A DNA stretch of 64,000 nt from an uncultured delta proteobacterium (GTDB lineage: Bacteria; Desulfobacterota; Binatia; Binatales; Binataceae), in assembly GCA_963724765.1 (NCBI GenBank), contig CAVRVY010000003.1, positions 1,184,001-1,248,000 of the forward strand, read 5' to 3'. Below are positions 21,716-29,841 of the stretch, piece after piece (position 1 is the first letter of the stretch; each line of letters starts with the position of its first letter). Under the pieces are notes generated by a model. It had not been told where the DNA came from, ran no database searches, and saw nothing but the letters and a program-made list of their open reading frames with translations. The translations under genes and the position numbers were made by a program.

Positions 21716-22057
21716 TTAGGCGGCCTTTTTAAAATACTTCCGCGCTTCGTCTATTTTGTTTAAATCAAAAATCGGAGCCAGCGCATTAATGTTGTCATGC
21801 TCCGTTAACTCCTTCCACACCGGAGATTTCGCCCAAATTTTTTCTGGCACGGATGCAACTAGATTGCGGTCTAGTTGTTCATGAATAAGCCATTCGTACG
21901 TTCGTGTGGCGTCCTGGATCAACTCGCCCAAGCCTTTTACAACTCCGGTGATCGCTGCCAACTGCTCCATTGCGGCCAGTGTTTCCGCCGATAGTTCAAG
22001 CGTTATCATTGCCATTTTTGGGAATCTCCTTACGCTACCAGGCATGCTTTGTGCCAC
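21716..22057 (-). CDS. IS passenger: putative ribbon-helix-helix protein
   Basis: ITLELSAETLAAMEQLAAITG..LGELIQDA fits a beta-alpha-alpha pattern; start uncertain. Confidence 0.5.
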   Translation of the reverse strand: MAQSMPGSVRRFPKMAMITLELSAETLAAMEQLAAITGVVKGLGELIQDATRTYEWLIHEQLDRNLVASVPEKIWAKSPVWKELTEHDNINALAPIFDLNKIDEARKYFKKAA

Positions 22058-22311
22058 TCATTGGATCGATCTTCGTATCGAATGGCGGCGGTTTCGGATT
22101 GGGCCATTGCTCTGGCCATTTTTCCGGACGTGGCCTTCTTCTGGGGTCTATCACCACGACGGGCATGCAATCTCACACGTAAAATCTAAGCTTGTGCAGG
22201 GATGGGTTCAACTGAAGGGCCGCGTATTATAGCGGGACCAAAGACGCGTAACAAGTGCGAACAAAATGCCGTCAATTGTTGATTGGCGTGACTGGACTGG
22301 GACCATGTTAC

Positions 22312-22341
22312 TTGACGGGTATTCCCCGTTAACGTTATTGT
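22312..22341 (+). promoter_or_regulatory. Putative sigma70 promoter with overlapping inverted repeat
   Basis: TTGACG-N18-TATTGT just upstream of ATG 22351; TTGACGGG-N5-CCCGTTAA dyad. Confidence 0.45.
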
Positions 22342-22350
22342 GGAAGTCCC

Positions 22351-22821
22351 ATGGAAAAAGACATTCGCCCGTTGCTGGAATCTCTTCGACGAGAACTAGC
22401 GGCACATCAGCGAGCCCTTGAAGAAGGGCAGGCTGTTGTCGAGCGGGAACAAAAATATTGCGAGCATTTGAGGGGTCTCATCGAGTTGGAGACCATACAG
22501 ACCGCGCCGCCAAGAACCCACCATCAAAACAACGGCGCATCTAACAATCCTAATCCTGCAGCTTCGCCAGCATCAGTCCTTGTCGTTAAGAGACAGCCCG
22601 GATATGCAGCAGTAAGCGTTACACAAGCCGCTCGCCAAATCCTTGGCACCACGGACAAGCTGCATGCCGACGAATTAGTTAGGCGAATCTTCGTGATTGA
22701 TTCACCTAAGAAATTTCAGCGTGCAAAGAATGGATTGGTTAGCGAACTGGTGAGGGGAACAAAGGCAGGACACTTTGTGAGAACAGGTCCGAATGAATTT
22801 GCCCTGCCGAATTCCCATTAA
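22351..22821 (+). CDS. IS passenger: coiled-coil plus putative winged-helix protein
   Basis: N-terminal heptad helix, linker, C-terminal AARQILG..LHADELVRRI..FVRTGPNEFAL. Confidence 0.6.
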   Translation: MEKDIRPLLESLRRELAAHQRALEEGQAVVEREQKYCEHLRGLIELETIQTAPPRTHHQNNGASNNPNPAASPASVLVVKRQPGYAAVSVTQAARQILGTTDKLHADELVRRIFVIDSPKKFQRAKNGLVSELVRGTKAGHFVRTGPNEFALPNSH

Positions 22822-22991
22822 AAGAATTGCGCCGGTCGTGTTGGCAGCACGAACCGGCGCGGTCGGGAAATAACGCCTCTCGGTCCTCCGACCGAGCACC
22901 CGCTTAAGAACGGGGCCGAGAGGCTGGCACGCACCGCCTAGAGGTGTGGAAGGAGAACAGCGCGTATGCGTCACGATACGTCATAGAGATC

Positions 22992-23018
22992 GGCCCCCGC
23001 AAGGGGGGCCTACTTTTT
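22992..23018 (+). terminator. Rho-independent terminator
   Basis: GGCCCCC-GCAA-GGGGGGCC followed by TACTTTTT. Confidence 0.65.
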
Positions 23019-23144
23019 CCGCAATTTCTTAGCTTCTTGCTTAGTTTTTCTCTTCGGCTTCGATTTGGTCGGCGCTGTTATCAACGCCTTCATAAAGTGG
23101 TCGAAATCGAGACCGCCGCTCGTCATTTCGAGTGACTTGGGCAT
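23010..23144 (-). CDS. 44-aa basic micro-ORF downstream of the transposase
   Basis: MPKSLEMTSGGLDFDHFMKALITAPTKSKPKRKTKQEAKKLRKK*; too short for the ORF track. Confidence 0.5.
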   Translation of the reverse strand: MPKSLEMTSGGLDFDHFMKALITAPTKSKPKRKTKQEAKKLRKK

Positions 23145-23187
23145 GCGCCCATATTACTCGCCTCGCTTCGGTTTCTTCAACAGTCTG

Positions 23188-24114
23188 CTACACGCGTGAA
23201 ATAAGCGCCTGAAAAATGTCAGGGTCTTCACGATGGTTGTGCCGGAACGCGAATTCGTTCACGTACAGCGGCAGATATTCTTTGCCGACCTGATGGAACG
23301 TTCCGACGATCCCGCGCTTCAGTAGCGACCAAAACCCTTCAATCGTGTTCGTGTGAACGTTTCCGCGCACGTATTCATGCTTCGCGTGTGTCACGGTTTC
23401 GTGTGGCAATCCCGCCTTTGTCAGATGCCGGTAGGCCGGATTCTCATCCGTTGCGATGAGCGACACCTTGTCCGACACGGCCTCGCGCACAAAGTTGTCC
23501 AGCGTCCGAAAGCCCGCTTCCTCGATCACTTGGCAAACGGCATTGCCTTTGCGCGAGATCGCACCGATTACCATCGTCTTTTTGCTTGTGTACGGGCCTT
23601 GGCCATGGCTCCGTTTGTTCCAGTGTCGATTCTTGTCCTTGCCGCCAACCCAGGTCTCGTCAGCTTCAACCTCGCCCATCAGCTTACTAAACTCCGTGTT
23701 CTTCATTGCCGCGCGGATGCGATGGCACATGAACCAAGCAGTCCGATAGTCGCCGCTGCCGATCTGCCGATGAATCTGTAACGCGCTGATACCTTTCTTG
23801 CTCTGGCACATCAAGTAGCCGACTTGAAACCAAACGCGCAGCGGATATTTTGTGTTCTCGAAAACCGTGCCGGTTGTGACGGAGAATCGATAGCCGTCCT
23901 TCGCGCATTTCCGACATTGCCAGTGCCACGGACGTTTCTTGACCTCTGCGACCTTGGGATTGCCGCACCTTGGGCACTGGACGCCCGCAGGCCAGCGCGA
24001 ATCGCGGACAAAGGCTTTGCAGTCATCTTCGGTCGCAAATCGCGCCTGAAGCTGCGCAAAGGTCATGCTCGGTTGCGTGGTGAGCGGCTTGCCTGCTTTG
24101 ACTTTCGCGTCCAT
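23188..24114 (-). CDS. IS1595-family (ISXO2-like) transposase
   Basis: Zn ribbon CPRC..CRKC, KKGISALQI HTH, VEADET / TDE / HTNTIEGFWSLLKRG. Confidence 0.95.
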   Translation of the reverse strand: MDAKVKAGKPLTTQPSMTFAQLQARFATEDDCKAFVRDSRWPAGVQCPRCGNPKVAEVKKRPWHWQCRKCAKDGYRFSVTTGTVFENTKYPLRVWFQVGYLMCQSKKGISALQIHRQIGSGDYRTAWFMCHRIRAAMKNTEFSKLMGEVEADETWVGGKDKNRHWNKRSHGQGPYTSKKTMVIGAISRKGNAVCQVIEEAGFRTLDNFVREAVSDKVSLIATDENPAYRHLTKAGLPHETVTHAKHEYVRGNVHTNTIEGFWSLLKRGIVGTFHQVGKEYLPLYVNEFAFRHNHREDPDIFQALISRV

Positions 24115-24120
24115 GCAGAC

Positions 24121-24149
24121 AAATTACCATTTGCTCGACTCCGTGTCAA
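24121..24149 (-). promoter_or_regulatory. Transposase promoter with -35 inside the TIR
   Basis: TTGACA-N17-TAATTT, 6 nt before the transposase ATG. Confidence 0.6.
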
Positions 24150-24165
24150 CTCAGACATAATTGCC
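24140..24165 (-). repeat. IS terminal inverted repeat (transposase-proximal end)
   Basis: Reverse complement GGCAATTATGTCTGAGTTGACACGGA, 23/26 match to the other TIR. Confidence 0.92.
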
Positions 24166-24538
24166 TCGTCAAGTGTGTTTGCACTGAGGCCGAAAGGACC
24201 GTCACACAAATCAGCATGCGATCCAATTTACCTGCGAATAGCAGCATCTTTCCTACGGTGAAGGCATATCGAAATCCATTACCCGCAGGCGATCGCGGGA
24301 TCGAATTTACCACTGCTGTAATGCCCACTCCTGGTAAGGGAAGTCCAAGGGAAGCCCGATGGTACCCCCAAACGCCCGGTGTTAGGGTGATTGTACGGAG
24401 TGGCATTGATTTTGTGATTTCAGCAACGGTGACGAAGAACACGCAGGTGCGATGTCACCCGATGCTCTTTCGTGGCAAAGAGCGGACAATCCAGAATTGT
24501 AATTATCGTTTACGCTCGTTCAAAGGCGCCGGCTATTT

Positions 24539-25561
24539 CTACGGCAAGGTGACCAGGTCGTAGGCCGGGGGCAATCGCTCGCCGACCACTGTGGCAGTCT
24601 CGGCCATCTCGCGCGTGCGAATCACCGAGCCGTCGGTCGTGACGGCGAAGAAATCGCCTTCGCTCTGGGGGTCGGCCCTAAAGCGCATTACCATCCCGCG
24701 CTCGGGCAGCGTGTCGTCGCCGAGCGCCTCGAAGCTCTGGCCCGCGTCGAGGCTGCGGAACATCACCGCGTCGGCGCCCGCCAGCCCCGCCGACCAGAAC
24801 GGTGGCGGACCGGCTGCCGCGGCGGTAAAGACCCGACTCGGCTCTCCCGCCGCGACAAACAGAGGCACCGTGTAGCTGCGGCACAGCCCGCGCTTGATCT
24901 TGCTCCACGAGCTGCCGCGGTTATCGGAGACGTAAAAGCCGGCGCCGGTGGTCGCGTAGAGGCGTTTGTGATTTTGCGGATCGACCGCGATGCAGTGGAC
25001 GTCTTCGTAGAGCCCGCTGTTGAGCAACTCGAAGCTCTCGCCGTGGTCGCGCGAGCAGGCGACGCCGCCCTCCTCGACGCCCACGTAAAAGGTCGCGGAG
25101 TCATGCGGGTCGAATACGATCGAGCGGACGTGCGGGATGTGCGGCGGCGGCGGAAAACTCCAGCGGTCGCGTCCCGGCAGTTTGAGGAACCCCACACACT
25201 CGCGAAACGTACGGCCGTGATCGAGGCTGTGCAACAGTCGCGCGTGCGAGGTGCCGATAAAGACCTCGCCGGGCGCCTGCGGCGGCGCCGCGATTGCCCA
25301 TACGTCCTCGTTGCGCGCGATGCCGGGCGTGATATCGGCCCAGGTGCGGCCGCTGTCGGTCGAGCGCGCCAGCGTCACTCGGCCCCTCGCGCTGCCCATG
25401 TGGGCGTGGTCGACCGAGCCGGCGTAAATCGTTCCCGGGTCGCGGCAGTCCTGCGCCATGCACCACACCGACGGCGGATCTGCGAGCACCATCAGCGGCT
25501 TGCCCTTGCGCTCGGCGTCGAGGACAACGATCCCCTTCGACGTACCTACGCAGAGTTTCAT
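24539..25561 (-). CDS. BNR/Asp-box beta-propeller protein
   Basis: Repeated SxDxGxTW/F boxes; WSFPPPPHIPHVRSI. Confidence 0.8.
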   Translation of the reverse strand: MKLCVGTSKGIVVLDAERKGKPLMVLADPPSVWCMAQDCRDPGTIYAGSVDHAHMGSARGRVTLARSTDSGRTWADITPGIARNEDVWAIAAPPQAPGEVFIGTSHARLLHSLDHGRTFRECVGFLKLPGRDRWSFPPPPHIPHVRSIVFDPHDSATFYVGVEEGGVACSRDHGESFELLNSGLYEDVHCIAVDPQNHKRLYATTGAGFYVSDNRGSSWSKIKRGLCRSYTVPLFVAAGEPSRVFTAAAAGPPPFWSAGLAGADAVMFRSLDAGQSFEALGDDTLPERGMVMRFRADPQSEGDFFAVTTDGSVIRTREMAETATVVGERLPPAYDLVTLP

Positions 25562-25750
25562 CCTCGCCCCCTCCCCCCTTGTGAGCCTCGATCTTCCGCA
25601 AGAGCGCGAGCGCTCCCTCCGCACTTCGGCGGAGCCCCTCCATTGAATCAACCGCGCGCGGTTGCGCTCTCCAATCCTATGGCGCGGCCGTTACGAAAGC
25701 ATCAGCGGTTAACCTGGCTTTTGCCGCCGTTTGTCCATCTTCTGCTTTAG

Positions 25751-26671
25751 TTACGTGAGAAGTATCGAAGTGTGCAGGCGGCCGCCCGCAGAGAGTTCGT
25801 GCGGCGCGACCTTTTTGGGGCTCGAATCGAAACGCACCCGCCGCACCAGCATCGTGGCGCCCGTGAGCGCCACCCGCATCCCGGCCGTGTCAATCGACAC
25901 GACGGTGCCAGCCGGGCTCCGGCTTTGCCGGTTCTCCAGGATTGGTTCGTATAGCCGCAGCCGCTCACCATTGGCCTGCGCATATGCGCCCGGCTGCGGA
26001 TCGCATCCGCGCACCAGGTTGAAGACTTCGCGCGCGCTGCGCGCGAAATCGACTTTGGCGTGCTCGTCGCGGCATGGCGGCTCGTAGGTCGCGAGGCCCT
26101 CGTCCTGCGCGATCGCTGGCGCGGCTCCCGCCTTGATGATTTCGATCGCCTCGACCATGGTCTCGATGCCCAGCGGGAAGAGCCGGTTGAAGTAGAGCGA
26201 GCCGACAGTGTCCTCGTCGCGGATGGGCTCGCTGCGTTGCAGCAGGATCGGTCCGGTGTCGATGCCCTTGTCGGGCCAGAACCAGGTCACGCCGGCGCTC
26301 GCGTCGCCCATGATTAGGGTCCAGTTGATTGCGCTGGCCCCGCGATGGCGCGGCAGGAGCGAGGGATGAAAGCAAATCGATTTGTGCCGCGGCGCATAGA
26401 GGATGCGCTCGGGCACGATCAGCGTCACGAATGCCATCACCAGCAACTCCGCTTCCAGCGCGCGGAACTGATCGAAGGCGGCGTCACTCTTGAAGGTCGC
26501 CGGCTGGCTGAGCGGCACGCCCAGCCCGAGTGCCTTGGCCTTTAGCGGGTCGGGGCGGCCGCCGGGCGGGTCGGGCGGCGCGAACACGCGGACGATCTCC
26601 TCCCCGCGCGAGTGGAGTACCTCCAGGGCGCGCTCGGCAAACGCCGCCTGTCCGATGAGAGCGATGCGCAC
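25751..26671 (-). CDS. Formyltransferase-family protein (Fmt / 10-formyl-THF hydrolase-like)
   Basis: HPSLLPRHRGASAINW, GIDTGPILLQ, RGCDPQPGA. Confidence 0.85.
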   Translation of the reverse strand: MRIALIGQAAFAERALEVLHSRGEEIVRVFAPPDPPGGRPDPLKAKALGLGVPLSQPATFKSDAAFDQFRALEAELLVMAFVTLIVPERILYAPRHKSICFHPSLLPRHRGASAINWTLIMGDASAGVTWFWPDKGIDTGPILLQRSEPIRDEDTVGSLYFNRLFPLGIETMVEAIEIIKAGAAPAIAQDEGLATYEPPCRDEHAKVDFARSAREVFNLVRGCDPQPGAYAQANGERLRLYEPILENRQSRSPAGTVVSIDTAGMRVALTGATMLVRRVRFDSSPKKVAPHELSAGGRLHTSILLT

Positions 26672-26878
26672 CGTCTCTAAACCTCCGCCGCGATGTTCAT
26701 TAGGGACTCACCCTACCAAACCACACGCTACCAAATCGAACGTTACCAAATCGATCATGGGCTGGCACGCGCCGGGACCATCGCGCGCCGCGCTTTCGTC
26801 CACAGCGTCTGTGGGTTGGCGTGCACGGACGCTCCCGTTGTATAGATGGGGCCAAACCACACGGCGGGAGGAACCGCG

Positions 26879-27775
26879 ATGCGTAAGGACATCGAGATCA
26901 ACGCGGAAGGCACGATTTTGCGCGGCTGGTTCTACACGCCCGACCGGCCAAGCGGCAAGGCGCCGGCGATCGTGATGGCGCATGGCTTCTCGGCGGTCAA
27001 GGAGATGTACCTCGACCGCTTCGCCGAGCACTTTTGCGCGGCTGGATTGGCGGTGGTGGTATTCGACAACCGCAACTTCGGCGCCAGCGACGGGCAGCCG
27101 CGCCAGGAAATCGATCCGTGGGCGCAGGTGCGCGATTATCGCCACGCGATCACGTGGACGCGGATGCAGCGCGAGGTCGACGCCGAGCGCATCGGCGTAT
27201 GGGGCTCGAGTTACTCCGGCGGCCATGCGCTGGTCGTCGGCGCGATCGATCGGCGGGTCAAGTGTGTGGTCTCGCAGGTGCCGCTGATCAGCGGCTACCG
27301 TAACATCCAGCGCCTGGTGCGGCCCGACTTTCTCGGACCGCTGCGCGCCCAAATCGACGCTGACCGCGAAGCGCGCTTCCGCGGCGAAGCGCCCGCGATG
27401 GTCCCGGTGGTAGCTCCCGATCCGCAGGCGCCCTCGGCGCTGCCGACGCCCGACTCCTATCAGTGGTTCACCGAGACCGGGCGCGAGCGCGCGAAATCCT
27501 GGCGCAACGAGGTCACGTTGCGCACGCTCGAGATGCTGATGGAGTACGAGCCCGGCAGCTACATCGCCAGGATAAGTCCTACGCCGCTGATGCTGATCGT
27601 CGCCGTAAACGACACTTTGGCGGTCGCCGACCTGGCGATAGCGGCCTTCAACGACGCGCTGGAGCCCAAGAAGATCGTGTTACTCGAGGGCGGCCACTTC
27701 GACGCCTACGTCAGCGATTTCGAGCGGGCGGCGAATCCGGCTCGCGACTGGTTCGTGACGCACCTGATGCGTTGA
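26879..27775 (+). CDS. Alpha/beta hydrolase
   Basis: AHGF, GSSYSGG nucleophile elbow, GGHFDAY. Confidence 0.88.
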   Translation: MRKDIEINAEGTILRGWFYTPDRPSGKAPAIVMAHGFSAVKEMYLDRFAEHFCAAGLAVVVFDNRNFGASDGQPRQEIDPWAQVRDYRHAITWTRMQREVDAERIGVWGSSYSGGHALVVGAIDRRVKCVVSQVPLISGYRNIQRLVRPDFLGPLRAQIDADREARFRGEAPAMVPVVAPDPQAPSALPTPDSYQWFTETGRERAKSWRNEVTLRTLEMLMEYEPGSYIARISPTPLMLIVAVNDTLAVADLAIAAFNDALEPKKIVLLEGGHFDAYVSDFERAANPARDWFVTHLMR

Positions 27776-27850
27776 ACGCGCGGAAAGGAGCGGCACAAGA
27801 TGGTTGCTTACCGTACGCCGCGAACGGTTTCGCATGCCTCGTCGAGGGAA

Positions 27851-28276
27851 TCACAAAACTTGACTGCCACATACGAGAGTGTGAATCAGAAACCCGCCTA
27901 GTCCAAAAAGCGCAAGCGCGAGGGTGATGGCGACCGCGATCTTTCCGCACTTTTTACCACGCTCAATGTCGCGTTTCCCCTCGCACCACAAGTCATAGTG
28001 ACTTGCTACGGCGAAAGGGTAGCCCATCGACAAAATCAGCGAGAACAAGAACGCCGCCGCAGGCCAAACAGCAGCACGCGTAAATAATGGAAAAACGAAC
28101 ACGGCCATGCTCGCCACCATGGCTGCCATGTTCATACGATCGGCCCAAGGTAGCCAGTTGATGTCCTTCGACTCCTCGGCCACATGAATTTCGCGTCCGA
28201 TCCGCCACGTGAAGGCGCCGATCTGTAACGCCAGAAACGCGGCGGCGGCTACCCAAATCTCGGACACTCGAAGCAT
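27851..28276 (-). CDS. Hypothetical membrane protein (about 4 TM)
   Basis: Several hydrophobic segments; lower-GC region. Confidence 0.55.
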   Translation of the reverse strand: MLRVSEIWVAAAAFLALQIGAFTWRIGREIHVAEESKDINWLPWADRMNMAAMVASMAVFVFPLFTRAAVWPAAAFLFSLILSMGYPFAVASHYDLWCEGKRDIERGKKCGKIAVAITLALALFGLGGFLIHTLVCGSQVL

Positions 28277-28305
28277 CTTTTTCCGTCCCCGATCTCCCCG
28301 GCTCT

Positions 28306-28622
28306 TTAATCTCCCTTGAGGCGCGGATCGTCGGAGGCGATGCACTGGGCGAGCATCATTGGGGTATCATAGTTATCAGGGCGGCGGGGCCTTTGCGCAA
28401 GTCCTCTCGCATTTCGGCAGAGCCTCTCTGTGCATCCTCTGCCGCCATTGGCGCCTTGAACGCTTCACAATTGCGTGCACTATCGAAGCTTCGCACCAGG
28501 GTCCAGTTTCTCAACGGTGCGTTGCGCAATATGCGTGCACTGCCCTGCCCATCGACTGGCATCGGCGGCGCCATCAGGTACCAGCCGACCAATGCGAGCG
28601 CTGCGGCGTGGCGTAATTTCAT
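28306..28622 (-). pseudogene. Small exported protein (MKLRHAAALALVGWYLM...QCIASDDPRLK type), frameshifted
   Basis: N-terminal part and C-terminal MMLAQCIASDDPRLKGD* are in different frames; span is one base short. Confidence 0.6.
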
Positions 28623-28837
28623 TGAATACCCTCCGGGAACCACGGTAAGCCCCGCCGCTGGTCCTCGGCGCGCATTTCCGCTGGTGTCAGCATTGTCGCC
28701 CGTTCTTCAATGTTGCGGAATTGGAAGCGGCGGCTGTGAGCGCGTTGCCAGCCGCAGACGTACGGCTTTTTCGCAGGCGGCGGGGACTCCGGCTCCGGGC
28801 CGAACAGCCATTTCAACAGCGCGACAATTGTCATCAT
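28619..28837 (-). CDS. Small hypothetical protein
   Basis: Stop overlaps the next start (ATGA). Confidence 0.45.
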   Translation of the reverse strand: MMTIVALLKWLFGPEPESPPPAKKPYVCGWQRAHSRRFQFRNIEERATMLTPAEMRAEDQRRGLPWFPEGIQ

Positions 28838-28854
28838 GGCGTTCTTATTTTTGT

Positions 28855-29121
28855 TCAGACGGCACCGGACTCGTCCAAAGCTGCGGGTTCGTCCGGTACG
28901 GGATTGCAGGCCGAGCATAAGAAAGGGTCTGGGTGCTCTGCACAATGATGATGTCCGGGTATGACTTCCGCGTTACAGCCCTCCCCGGTACAGAGGAGAT
29001 CGCGGTCGACCAGCCCGCGTATTCTATCGCCTTCATGAAAGCCCTCCCAGTATCCATACCAGCGGCCATACAAGCAGCCGAGTACGAAGCCTAGGACCAA
29101 TAAGATCAATGGCGACCACAT
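28855..29121 (-). CDS. Small membrane-anchored Cys/His-rich hypothetical protein
   Basis: N-terminal TM; C..C..HHHC..H..CSAC. Confidence 0.45.
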   Translation of the reverse strand: MWSPLILLVLGFVLGCLYGRWYGYWEGFHEGDRIRGLVDRDLLCTGEGCNAEVIPGHHHCAEHPDPFLCSACNPVPDEPAALDESGAV

Positions 29122-29275
29122 CGGAGCCGGTCCTTCAATTTGAGATTGCTATCGTCCTCGCCTTGGCCGACGGCGCGGCGTACCGACTGAGCGTCCCTTT
29201 TCCACTTTTGGTGACCTCGGCAACAAACCCCTCGCACGAGCGTTCTCAATCATCTTTTGGGTCGGGGGCTTCGGG

Positions 29276-29365
29276 TCAACGGTCCAAATCTAGACCGCAT
29301 TGAGGACATTGTCTGTCATCGGGATCGAACTCGTGACCGCACCGCTTACACTCAATGCGATTCAT
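29276..29365 (-). CDS. 29-aa zinc-ribbon micro-protein
   Basis: MNRIECKRCGHEFDPDDRQCPQCGLDLDR*; ATGA overlap with upstream ORF. Confidence 0.55.
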   Translation of the reverse strand: MNRIECKRCGHEFDPDDRQCPQCGLDLDR

Positions 29366-29616
29366 GGCTTCGGGGGCGGATCGTCCGTAGCGGCGATGTG
29401 CACGTTGACGTTATCTGGTGCAAAGCGCTGGCAGTCCGGGGCTCCCGCCTCGACGCATTTCCGGTAGTCGGCAAGCAGGGCGGCCTTCTCGCTATCTGCG
29501 TTTCCGTGTTCGTAGAGTGCGTAAGCACCGCTGGCCTTTACCGCCAGACAACCGGATGTTGTGAGTAGCACGCAGGCCAGCAGTAGCCCAACAGACGCTA
29601 CCATTAAACGCTTCAT
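29362..29616 (-). CDS. Small putative lipoprotein
   Basis: Signal peptide ending TSGC; GAGGGG SD upstream. Confidence 0.6.
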   Translation of the reverse strand: MKRLMVASVGLLLACVLLTTSGCLAVKASGAYALYEHGNADSEKAALLADYRKCVEAGAPDCQRFAPDNVNVHIAATDDPPPKP

Positions 29617-29841
29617 GACATATTCCCCCTCGCGTTGACGCGCAGAACCGCTTTATCTTGACCCGCTCGACGATACTGGGCAAGCCTCCCTCCTTTTCTG
29701 GGGGGTTAGCCCGGAGCCCCGAGCCGGGGAGACCGTCCCATTTCTGGCGTTTTCTGGCATTCCCGATCGGATACCGCAGGAAAAACGAGGATGTGGGAGC
29801 CGCCGAAGGCTGAAAAAGCCGCTATTTTCCTAGCGGTTCCA

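Larger units (their letters stand above)
21350..24165 (-). mobile_element. IS1595-family element with passenger genes, 2816 bp
   Basis: TIRs GGCAATTATGTnnnAGTTGACACGGA at both ends; TSD TCGTCAAG at 21342-21349 and 24166-24173; internal transposase. Confidence 0.93.

Noticed and set aside
22951-22986. AGGAG followed by the 6-codon ORF MRHDTS
   Set aside because: Too short to separate from chance.
19400-24540. tRNA-Leu-anchored integrative island with attL/attR
   Set aside because: No duplicate of the tRNA 3' end and no integrase seen; the IS explains most of the foreign DNA.
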